From Octopus bimaculoides (taxonomy: Eukaryota), in contig NC_068998.1 in assembly GCF_001194135.2 (NCBI RefSeq), forward strand, positions 39,303,584-39,356,236: a stretch of 52,653 bases of DNA. Reading direction: 5' to 3'. The notes beneath the pieces were generated by a model. It saw nothing but the letters and a program-made list of their open reading frames with translations, was not told where the DNA came from and ran no database searches. Positions 1 to 10,886 of this stretch are shown here, piece after piece (the stretch's first letter is position 1; every line of letters starts with the position of its first letter). The position numbers and the translations under genes are program-made.

Positions 1-49
<49 letters not shown>

Positions 50-102
50 GGTATGTATGTATATATGTATATATATATATACATATATATATGTATGTAT
101 GT
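1..102. repeat. (AC)n/(TA)n/(TATG)n microsatellite. Others include about 5470-5518, 6934-6983, 7998-8065, 8755-8791, 10611-10680, 23461-23511, 41100-41141
   Basis: Direct reading. Confidence 0.97.
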
Positions 103-1759
103 ATAGTTATTAGTGAGAGATTATCAGTCTGGGCAAAATATTTTATGTGCTCTCTGTTAGTATACCGGGCTAACAATATTGTTTAAATTAGTAAAGAACT
201 GCACATACTCTTGTGGTAGGGTCCGAGGTTTTAGTTCATCACCATTCTACATTGTAAGGCTATGGCTGTGTCCCACTTATACATATTTTTTTATATATAT
301 ATTTTTTTGTTTGTTCATTTTTCATCCATTTTGCCATGCTGTCATGGGTTGGATGAATATTTATTATTGAGGTATTATTTTACAACTGGATGCCCTTCCT
401 GTCACTAACCCTTACCTGTTATACAAGATTGGGATTCTTTTTTTCATTCTACTTGTCTGCAAAAGACCTGAGTTATAGGATGATTTGTTAACACTATGTC
501 ACCATTTTTACTCCCCAACCACATGATACCGGGTTCAGTCCCATTGCATGGCACCTTCAGCAAGTGTCTTCTACTATAGCTTTGAGCCAACCAAAGCTTT
601 GTGGGTGGATTGGTAGACAAAAACTGAAAGCTGCCCCATCATATATATATATATATGTGTGTGTGTGTGTATGTCTTTATCTGTCCCTACCACCACTTGA
701 TCACCAGTGTTAGTGTGTTTACATCCCCGTAACTTAGCAGTTCAGCAAAAGAGACCAACAAAATAAGTACTGGGGTCAATATATTCAACTAAAAATTCTT
801 CAAGGTGCCGCAGCATGGCTGCAGTCTAATGGCTGAATCAAGTAAAAAAAATAAAAGTTACACACACGCACACAATGGACTTCCACAGTTTTCAATGGCC
901 AGTTCCACTCACAAAGCATTGGCTGCTTAGGCTACAAGTAAAAGACACATGTCCAAGGTGTCATGCAGTGAAATAGAACTCAAAACCATGTGATTATGAA
1001 GGGAATTCTGTATCCATATAATCATACCTGTATGTGTGCCTGCATGATTTCATTTTACATTCATTTTTTCCCTTGCTAGCATGGGTTGGACAAGTCATAT
1101 TTCAGATCAGTTCTTGTTTGAAATCACTACCTTCTTAGATGAATCATTGAGTATATCTTGCTTGTACATTCCAGTTTCTACAGCTGGATGCTCTTCTCTT
1201 AACCAACCAATTTACAGAAAGTACTGGGTGCATTTTATCATGGCATGAGCGCTGGAGAGGATGTCTTGTTACTGGCAAGACTATAAAGTTTCCCTCTGCA
1301 GTATGTGTGTATTTAAATGTGTATGAATATTAGACACAGCCCTGGCCAATTACTTAAGAAGTTTGCTTCATAACCATGAGGTCTGGGTTCAATCCCACTT
1401 TGTGGAATTTTGAGCAAATGTCTTTTATTATAGTGTCAGGTTAACTCAAGCATTGTGAGTGAATTTGGGTCGATGGAAACTGTGTGGAAGCTTGTTGGAT
1501 GGACTGTATTTGTAATTCAAAAGGCCAGCTTTGTCACATTGTTCCATGCTGATTCTGCCTCAGAATTACATTAAGGGTATGTTTGTCTGTGTAATACTCA
1601 ACCAGCTCAGTTGTTTAAACAGTTGGAATATGCATTGTCAGAACCAACACAAAATCCACTTGACTATTTAGTTTCTACCTTGGCCACAAGGCCACAATTT
1701 TGATTGAAAGAACAATTGATTTAAGTGATTCCAGAACATCACTGGTACAATTTTAGGTG

Positions 1760-2226
1760 GAATTCTGGTTTAAACACTCCATATGACCCTTCGTAATGTC
1801 TCTATTTTTTGGAATTTTTAGAAATTTTTTTTGAATTTTGTGTTCCACACAATTATGAAAAAATTGTGTTCTACACAATTATGAAAAAGCTTTTTTTTTG
1901 TGTGTGTGTGTTTCTTTGTCACTCTGACATGTATTGATGTTTTTCAATATTTTTCTCCTCATAAACACATTTAATGGAATAGTGATGCACCCAAGGATGG
2001 TCCATTGCTGGGATTTAAGCAAAAAATTCAAATTATCCATATTATAAACTCTGACATTAAAGAAAAAATTTGAAAAAGAGTGGAACTTTTAGGATTTTTA
2101 GGGAGTGGGATTTTAAAAAATCATATGAATTCCTGTGTGTAGAACACAAATTTGCAAAAATTTTCTGAAAATTCCACAAAATAAAAAAGTTATGAGGATT
2201 TATATGGGGTGCTTAAACCAGAATTC
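1760..2226. mobile_element. Long-TIR MITE (superfamily unassigned) inserted into a SINE; partial second copy at about 25440-25745 (-)
   Basis: GAATTCTGGTTTAAACACTCCATAT ... ATATGGGGTGCTTAAACCAGAATTC with about 100 bp of imperfect arms. The host SINE sequence resumes at TTTTATTG after 2233. A 26-bp internal duplication lies at about 1839-1890. Confidence 0.75.
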
Positions 2227-2414
2227 TGCACAGTTTTATTGGCCTCTAAACAATAAAAGATAAAGTTAATCTTGGCAAGGAATAAAACCACAGCTGCAGA
2301 GTTTATCAGCTAGAATCTCTCTAATCTCCCCCTCTCTCTATCTTTATCTATCTATCTATCTTTCTGTTTCACTCTAATAGATATTCATATACTTTTATGT
2401 ACCTCTTTTTCCAG

Positions 2415-2666
2415 AATATTCTGAAGGCTTTGAAAACGATTGCAGAAGGACGTACAACAATTGTTATTGCTCACCGCCTCTCCACTGTAACTGATGCCGA
2501 TGAGATTTTAGTGTTGGACAAAGGGACCATCATTGAAAGGGGCACACACCAATACCTATTAAACCAACCTAACTCTATGTATTTGTCCATGTGGCTCCGT
2601 CAGTCCATGAATCAAGACGATTATGAGGAATTGATCAAAAATCATGATCAGAAAAACAACTCATAG
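2415..2666 (+). CDS. ABCB7: Terminal coding exon of a mitochondrial ABC transporter, ABCB7/Atm1-like; upstream exons lie outside the window
   Basis: Pyrimidine tract plus CAG acceptor ends at 2414 (phase 0). Translation [60 protein letters not shown] has the ABC H-loop (IAHRLST). As I recall the paralogues, the downstream LL-x-x-P-x-S-x-Y-x-x-MW spacing fits ABCB7 better than ABCB6. TAG stop at 2664-2666. Confidence 0.88.
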   Translation, partial: NILKALKTIAEGRTTIVIAHRLSTVTDADEILVLDKGTIIERGTHQYLLNQPNSMYLSMWLRQSMNQDDYEELIKNHDQKNNS

Positions 2667-2954
2667 GGGACTATGACGACTGGTTGGCATTTCTGAAAGA
2701 TCTAGCTAAAGAAAATGATTGCGTCTAAGAAAACTTATGATTACATGTTTTGAGAAAAATCTGTTGGTAAAGTTCACAAATAGAATAAGTCTGTGTGCTG
2801 TCATGTAAAGTGCATTTTAATGTTTCAGATCAGGCTTTTTTGCAAACTTGAAAACAAAAGGCCATCCAGAAAACTTTTCTTGGTTTCTTCTTTGATGAAA
2901 TCTTGATCAAGATCCTACTCAAAATGTTAGAATCCAATTTTCCTAGCAGCACTT

Positions 2955-2992
<38 letters not shown>

Positions 2993-5181
2993 TGTTTTTA
3001 ACCATTCCACACAGTCTATTGCTGCTGGGCCTGGTGGTACTATGCGATTATGCTGCTACATTTATCAACTCTTCTGGCTATAACTTTGTTGTCAGTGTCT
3101 TAACCTTTTATCTTCTTTCATAAATGCTGTCAGCACTGTAAACTCTGTAGTCAGAAATTACGTCTTTCAAAGTTCACAGTAGCTGATTGCACTGTGTCTA
3201 ATTGCTACTAATGCTTCTGTTAGTAATACTACTGCCGTACTGTTTTAAATGTAAAATAACTTTTTTAATGTAAAATATCTAATCATCAGTGAGTTAACCT
3301 TCCCAGAGCTCACAAATTCTGTTGACATTAAATCTACTGCATAGAACTGCTTCAGTTATAGATGCTACTGTCAATGTATTAATCCTTTCATAGTCTACAG
3401 CATGGCTGTGGACTATGTGATGGCTAACTTTCTTCAATGCATATCATGTTCCCAATAGGTTAATTCTTTCATAGTCTACTACATACAAGTGGAATAAGTT
3501 AGCTGTGAGAGGGTGATTAGCTTCTGTAGACAACTCCCAAGCACTCTCCAGACCCATAGTTTGACATTTCAACTTGTCAGGCAACTTCTTTCTGCCTCTT
3601 CTACAAATAGAAAGAAAACCCTTCAATTTTACTCTAGACACAATCTTAGCTGCTAGGACCCCTTTTTTTCTTCTTGTTGATCCTCCACACCTCAACCTAT
3701 TTAGAATTTCTCAGTTTATGGTGTAACCTTACAATCCCTAGTTAGTTATTACAGCATTTTATTGTGTATATAAATGTAAGCAATACCACAAAACCCACTC
3801 AATTCTTCTCCCCCTTAACTAATGCCTCACTCTATTAACCATCTCCCTAACTCACTGCTACTATTATTTCCCCATCATTTGCTGAAACTACAAGACTACG
3901 GTGCTACACTTTATTGCAATAGCAATAGCAGCCAATTCTTAGTCTCCTCCTTTTCAGCACACACATCACTACATTCTTCCTCCAATAGACTTTACTCAAA
4001 ATGTCCTATTTCCCTTCTTCCTTCACATCACTAACTTGTTCCACTTTGTCAACTTTTTGTACTTAATTTTTGCCAATATTTACCATCATGAACTTCCTTA
4101 GATTTTACTGTTTTATTGTATGTTGCAATTTTATGGGTGAAGTCTTTTAGTTGTCTGACAAATGAATTTCTTAGACTTTTAAACAGCTCTTCCATAGAAT
4201 CATTATACATAGTCTTAAGCCAAATTTGTTCCTTAGGTTTTTAACACCAATCTCTGAACAGCAAAGTTTAATGTGTTTTACATTAGGAAGAGAGTCATGT
4301 TATCCATTAAGCACTCAAAACACACACACACACACATGCACGTGCAAAGGTGCATACACTCTTGTGTTATGAAGTGATGGATTGTCGTCACTCTTCAGAG
4401 ACCTGATCATTGACTCTGAGATAAGAAATTTTGTCAATGACAAGTTGCAGGTGTATGATAAAATATTTTTAACCCTTTATAGTACACAATTCTATAAAGA
4501 GAATCAAATGAAATTGTTGAGTGTAACAGTTTTTGAGTTTTTTTATTGTTTGTCGTCACTTTTCCACAATGTAATTTAGTTTTAACATTTAATGTCAAAC
4601 AAGTACAAAAACAAATCTATTTTATATTATAAGTCTTTAATAATTCTGTATATAATTTCTGCTGCTAATGTGTTAAAATTGTTGTAAGAAATAGAGTGAT
4701 GGTGTGTATGTCAAAATTAACAGTAAAAAGAAAGGGCAAATTTAGATGTAAATGTCTGTTAGAAGTCAATGTATTTAATAATGGCTTGTATATATAATTT
4801 ATTTTACCTGTAAATTCTATCAGCGAATAAAAATGAAAAGGGGGACAGAGTATAAAAAAATATTTTTAAAAAACACAAAAACAAAAGAGATTCTTCAAGC
4901 TGAGATATTTTGTTGAAGATAAAACCAAAATAGGTGTGTGGTAGAATCTACTAAAAGTTCTCTGTTTGAAAATATTAAGCATGATCATGTAAAATCAGAA
5001 GTCTATCCAATTTTTATAGAGACGGTGGTATGTTTAAAGTGGTGTTTTTATCACCATATTTCTATATATATATAGTAACAAACTGAGGAAAAGAAATCCT
5101 TCAAAGGGGTGTGTTAAACATCCAATTCACTGGTACGTCAGTTGGATACCATATAAATATTGGTATAATTCAATTATAAAG

Positions 5182-5478
5182 ATAAATTAGATATAGAGAT
5201 ATTCAATTGACGATCCAATAATTTATTTATATTACAATATTACATTAGATACTATGAATATAATATATAACATAAATAATTATAAAAACCATAGAAGGCC
5301 AACAAATTGTTTCGACTTATATATATTTTTTCTGATATACATAATCACAGTTCCATTATATATAAAGTCACTTTATAAATAATGGTACTGATTATATTAT
5401 ATTCATAGTATTTAATGTAATATTGTAACATAAATAAATTATTGGATTGTCAATTGAATATCTCTATATTTGATTTAT
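5182..5478. repeat. AT-rich foldback, about 84-bp inverted arms
   Basis: 5182-5265 pairs with 5395-5478 with only a few mismatches. The spacer holds a small palindrome (about 5353-5386) and a minus-strand GTCGAAACAATT motif. Confidence 0.85.
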
Positions 5479-6363
5479 ATATATATATATAATTATTATT
5501 ATTATTATTATTATTATTGACCACACATGCTCAATGTATGTGTTTTGTTTCTTCACTGGTTAAACACCCAGTGCTATGAGGGAATCATCCATGAAGCAGT
5601 GAACAAGCAAAGCAAATGCATTGAATATTTGTGCTTGATAATATTTACAACACTAGTGCTGCTTTTAATTCATAATCTAATATATATGTATAAACATATA
5701 TATGTGTGTGTGTGTGTGTGTATATACACACACACACACACACACATACTGCCATATCTATACATAACATATATACACTGCCATTAAATATACAGGTTCA
5801 GGCATGGTTGAGTGGTTAAGGAGTGTGCTTTGCAATCATATGGTTCTGGTTTTGAATCCACTACATGGCACATTTGCCAAGTGTCTTCTACTTTTACTTC
5901 AGGTTGACCATTGCCCTGTAAGTGAAATTTGACAGAAAGAAACTGTATGGAAGTCTGCTGTATGTGTGTGTGTCTTCACATTGACACTGCTGTGGGCAAC
6001 AGTAATGTTCTTTCTGTCCCACAGCTTGGTGGTCTGACATACAAAGATGTGGCCTAAAATATCTTACTTGAAAACAAGTCAGAGTTGGTATCAGGAAGGA
6101 CACCAGACTGTAGAATGATTCTTCAAGAAGTCACATCCAGCCCATGACAATGAGGAAAAAGACATGTGTAAAAGTGAAATGTTCTAAAAATTTATCAGAT
6201 TTAACAACTGCATGTTGTTCCTGGAGGTTACTGGTGATGAAGTAAATTGTTTTTACACACTGTTTGGAAGCCTCCCATCTATAGTATCTGTATTGTTTAG
6301 CCATATTTACTCTGCTTTACTTCCTTTTTTATAAGATAACAAGATATACATATATATATATGT

Positions 6364-6530
6364 GTATAAAGAAAGAAAAGGATAAAGAGATCAATGGCAA
6401 AGTTAGAATTATATTTTATGTATAAAGTCTTACAGTTGTTTCAGGGAACATCCAATGTATCCCTTCATCGGAGACGGTAATAGTAGAAGAACTTTGCCAT
6501 TGATCTCTTTATCGTTTTCTTTCTTTATAC
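6364..6530. repeat. 41-bp inverted repeat enclosing the hammerhead motif
   Basis: 6364-6404 versus the reverse complement of 6490-6530: 40/41 identical. Confidence 0.92.
6427..6475 (-). ncRNA. Minimal type I hammerhead ribozyme motif (U4C variant), probably from a Penelope-like element pseudo-LTR
   Basis: Minus strand GTCT-CCGATGA-AGGGATACAT-TGG-ATGTTCCCT-GAAA-C-AACT-G-TA-AGAC. Stem I GTCT/AGAC, core CcGATGA, 9-bp stem II with one bulge, GAAA, short stem III, GUA cleavage triplet. Confidence 0.62.
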
Positions 6531-6932
6531 ATACACATGCTAATACACGACCTATGTTATATTCCCCACTCATGTTGCTACAACGACAGGGGCAAAACTA
6601 GTCAGTATATAGCACTTACTCGGTATTACCTGTATCCTTAGGGTTCGGTTGACACCAATACCCTTCATAACCTTTATATATATATGTATATATATTCACA
6701 CATGCAGATATATACATTACATACACACACACACATACGTACATACATATATGTATCTTTTACTTTTTACTTATTTCAGTCATTAGACTGCAGCCTTGAG
6801 GAATTTTAGTCAAACTAATTGATTCCAGTACTTATTTTCTTTTTAAACCTATGCTTATTCTATCAGTGACTTTTGCTGTACTGCTAAGTTACAGGGATGT
6901 AAATGTACCAACACTGGTTGTCAAGTAGTGGT

Positions 6933-6989
<57 letters not shown>

Positions 6990-7140
6990 CAACAAATTTC
7001 TTTTAGTTTCTGTCTACCAGATCCACTCACAAGGATCTGGTTGGTCCAAGACTATAGTGGAAGACACCTAAGGTGCCACGCAGTGGGACTGAACCATGCG
7101 CTTGGGAAGCAAACTTCTTACCACACACCCATACCTATAT

Positions 7141-7997
7141 NNNNNNNNNNNNNNNNNNNNNNNNNNNNNNNNNNNNNNNNNNNNNNNNNNNNNNNNNNNN
7201 NNNNNNNNNNNNNNNNNNNNNNNNNNNNNNNNNNNNNNNNNNNNNNNNNNNNNNNNNNNNNNNNNNNNNNNNNNNNNNNNNNNNNNNNNNNNNNNNNNNN
7301 NNNNNNNNNNNNNNNNNNNNNNNNNNNNNNNNNNNNNNNNNNNNNNNNNNNNNNNNNNNNNNNNNNNNNNNNNNNNNNNNNNNNNNNNNNNNNNNNNNNN
7401 NNNNNNNNNNNNNNNNNNNNNNNNNNNNNNNNNNNNNNNNNNNNNNNNNNNNNNNNNNNNNNNNNNNNNNNNNNNNNNNNNNNNNNNNNNNNNNNNNNNN
7501 NNNNNNNNNNNNNNNNNNNNNNNNNNNNNNNNNNNNNNNNNNNNNNNNNNNNNNNNNNNNNNNNNNNNNNNNNNNNNNNNNNNNNNNNNNNNNNNNNNNN
7601 NNNNNNNNNNNNNNNNNNNNNNNNNNNNNNNNNNNNNNNNNNNNNNNNNNNNNNNNNNNNNNNNNNNNNNNNNNNNNNNNNNNNNNNNNNNNNNNNNNNN
7701 NNNNNNNNNNNNNNNNNNNNNNNNNNNNNNNNNNNNNNNNNNNNNNNNNNNNNNNNNNNNNNNNNNNNNNNNNNNNNNNNNNNNNNNNNNNNNNNNNNNN
7801 NNNNNNNNNNNNNNNNNNNNNNNNNNNNNNNNNNNNNNNNNNNNNNNNNNNNNNNNNNNNNNNNNNNNNNNNNNNNNNNNNNNNNNNNNNNNNNNNNNNN
7901 NNNNNNNNNNNNNNNNNNNNNNNNNNNNNNNNNNNNNNNNNNNNNNNNNNNNNNNNNNNNNNNNNNNNNNNNNNNNNNNNNNNNNNNNNNNNNNNNN
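7141..7997. other. Assembly gap 1
   Basis: N run. Confidence 1.
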
Positions 7998-8059
<62 letters not shown>

Positions 8060-8374
8060 TATATATTTATATATATAATACCATCATATGTAATTGTGAT
8101 ATAATTGTATATCTACAGTACTTTAGTTATTACTTCCTGTATGCACTGCTGTTGCTCAAGCCAACAAACAAACTTCTTTGTGGTCACTCAGTGTGTTAAA
8201 AATAGCAAGCAAATCTCTCAAATCACACTCTGTTTTGGGGGTAAAGTAATAAACATGAGATAATATGATGTTACATATCCCTAAAATGACAAATTAGTTA
8301 GGGCTAAAATGTCTTTGATCATAGATTTGTTTGATGAAGGCTGAGCAGGGGCTAAACAACAAGGGTCATATTTA

Positions 8375-8405
<31 letters not shown>

Positions 8406-8439
8406 CGTTTATATGTAGTTCAGCCTATGTTCGGTTATA

Positions 8440-8566
8440 CAGGGTGTCCACAAGGTCTGGGTACATGGAGTAAATAAAATCATAACATAAACAATTAAGT
8501 ATAAGAAATAATAATTTCTTAAAGTATGTGTTAATCCCCATGCACCCAGACTTTGTGGACACCCTT
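8440..8566. mobile_element. Tiny Tc1/mariner-type MITE (127 bp)
   Basis: TA + CAGGGTGTCCACAAGGTCTGGGTACATGG ... CCATGCACCCAGACTTTGTGGACACCCT; about 30-bp TIRs; right-hand G and TA lost. Confidence 0.75.
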
Positions 8567-8589
8567 CGCCATGATAGATCGCTGACCAT

Positions 8590-8751
8590 ACATTTATATG
8601 TTTTTTCTCTTTGTTTCTTTCTGTGTTCCTTTCAGTTGAAGAGCGTAGGCTCGAAACGTCAAGGACTTTCTCTATTCCCGAGCGCTATACTAATACATCC
8701 ATTTGTTGTTTACACCACCTGTCTTTGTCTGTTGTTTTTTTCGTAAATTCT

Positions 8752-8760
<9 letters not shown>
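8590..8760 (+). mobile_element. Probable Penelope-derived pseudo-LTR fragment with a hammerhead-like motif at 8629-8664
   Basis: CTTT-CAGTTGA-A-GAGC-gtag-GCTC-GAAA-CG-TC-AAGG: perfect stem II hairpin, GAAACGTC and a complementary stem I, but a non-canonical core. Confidence 0.4.
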
Positions 8761-8794
<34 letters not shown>

Positions 8795-9385
8795 TCCAGT
8801 CATTTATAGTACCATATTAAATGGACCATGTCCACACTGTCATATCTATAAAGGTTTACCTTGGTATTTCAAATGAACAAATAGATTTTGATTCCACTTC
8901 CTTCCAATTTCTTTTACTCTTTTTAGTAGTCTTTGATAATTTTTATAAAGAAATCTATTTCTCTTTCTTCTGTGGCAGCTACTGAGGAACATTTCTTGTT
9001 CATCTCCATTTATTTTTACTATGTTTTGATAAAATATATTTTTATAGCTAGATTTCACTTCTCAAATTTCACTCCAGAAATTTGGTAGGAGAGGGTTAGT
9101 CAATAATATCAACCCCAGTACTTGGCTGGTTCTTCATTTTATTGAGCTTGGAAGGGGCAGTTGATCTGAGCAGGATTTGAAATTGGAATTGTAAAAAGCC
9201 ATGATTAAACACAGTAAGGCAGTTTATCCAACACTAACAATTCTGGTTATTCATTGCTCTAATAATAATGATTTCTTTTAATAGAAATAATGATATTGTC
9301 TTTTTCATTAGGCACAAAGTTCATTATTGTTGGTGAATGAGCACATGTGACTGCAGCTGATACTAATATATTACAAGTGTTTCTA

Positions 9386-9600
9386 AGGTGGTGAGCTGGC
9401 AGAATTGTTGGCATGCCAGGCAAAATGCTTAGCAGCATTTCCTCCATCTTTACATTCTGAATTCAAATTCTGCCAAAGTCAACTTTGTCTTTCATCCTTT
9501 CAGGGTTGATAAAATAAGTACCAGTTAAGCACTGGGGTCAATATAATTGACTTACCCCTCCCCCAAAATTCCTGGTCTTGTGCCAAAATTTGAAACCAAT
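9386..9600 (+). mobile_element. tRNA-derived SINE (family C). Further copies at about 10296-10930 (-, split), 20603-20805, 29957-30168 (-), 30691-30897, 33406-33585, 34190-34325 (-), 35198-35381 (-), 36395-36500 (-), 43665-43883
   Basis: GGTGGTGAGCTGGCAGAAT head and the conserved core GTCGACTTTGCCTTTCATCCTTTCGGGGTCGATAAAATAAGTACCAG, which from memory resembles the Nin/Deu-type SINE domain. Confidence 0.88.
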
Positions 9601-10446
9601 ATATTACTGGTGTTTCTGCACAGGCCAATATATTAGTTGTACTTGTGCCCAGGTCAACTCTTTCTTTCACTCTCCAGGGGTGAATGTTACAGATGGCCTG
9701 GGCAAATTTCTCTCAGAGAACCAAGAGGATCAAGTTATATAATGTAGAGTAGAGTATTCTACTAGAATATCTTGCATTGTGATAAATCTTTCCATCACTC
9801 TACCACCACCTATTACATTTTGTCCAACCCTGTTGCTAATGTGTAATTTCTGCTGTAATTTTTGTTAATTTAAATTAATTAATTAATTTACATTTTATTG
9901 TTGGATGTCACAGATGTTATGTGCATTCTATGTACATGTACAAATGTATGGATAATTAAACCAAATTGCTTGTGCAGCATGCTAATCTAATTAAAAACAG
10001 ACTAATTATTTTTATACTAATATTTAATGGAGAATGAAAAGGAAAAATAGTTCTTTTTTTTTTCTCCCCTCTGAAATTTATTTCTAATTTATTGTAGATA
10101 TAGTGTTTAGATTTTGTTGTTATTTATTGGTTAGCTTCAGACAGCTTTCTTTGAGCAGGCCTATTGAGTTGGAGATAGACAACAGTTTATTCATTAGGAG
10201 ATTGCTAATTAAATGGAACATTTGATCAGCTTTGCAATCATGTATCTTTTATTTGCTAATTTAAGATATAATATATATCGTCTCCATATATGTTGGTTTC
10301 GAAATTTGGTTGCTGGGGGAGGGGGCAAGTTGATTACATTGACCCCAGTGTTCAACTGGTACTTATCAACCCTGAAAGGATGAAAGACAAAGTTAACCAT
10401 GGCGGAATTTGAACTCGGAACATTAAGTCAAAAGAAATGTCACATA

Positions 10447-10608
10447 GGCGCAGGAGTGGCTGTGTGGTAAGTAGCTTGCTTACCAACCACATGGTTCTGG
10501 GTTCAGGCCCACTGCGTGGCACCTTTGGCAAGTGTCTTCTACTATAGCCTTGGGCCGACCAAAGCCTTGTGAGTGGATTTGGTAGACGGAAACTGAAAGA
10601 AGCCCGTC

Positions 10609-10676
<68 letters not shown>

Positions 10677-10886
10677 ATGTGTGCGTATATGTTTGTGTGT
10701 CTGTGTTTGTCCCGCCAACATCGCTTGACAACCGATGCTGGTGTGTTTACGTCCTCGTAACTTAGCAGTTTGGCAAAAGAGACCGATAGAATAAGTACTA
10801 AGCTTACAAAGAATAAGTCCTAGGGTCGATTTGCTTGACTAAAGGCGGTGCTCCAGTATGGCCGCAGTAAACAAGTAAAAGAGTAA
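10447..10886 (+). mobile_element. Full-length tRNA-derived SINE (family A) with internal (TA)n(TG)n, nested in a family C SINE. Other copies at about 516-857, 6757-7137 (-), 14171-14547, 30975-31326 (-), 48172-48571, plus head-only fragments
   Basis: GGCGCAGGAGTGGCTGTGTGG A box, GGTTCAGGCCC B-box-like; the host SINE is split at about 10446/10887. Confidence 0.9.

Noticed and set aside
6903-8199. Long ORFs of 300-410 aa here and at 15222-16561 and 45616-46799
   Set aside because: They are artefacts of translating N gaps as X; the flanks are SINE, LINE or microsatellite sequence.
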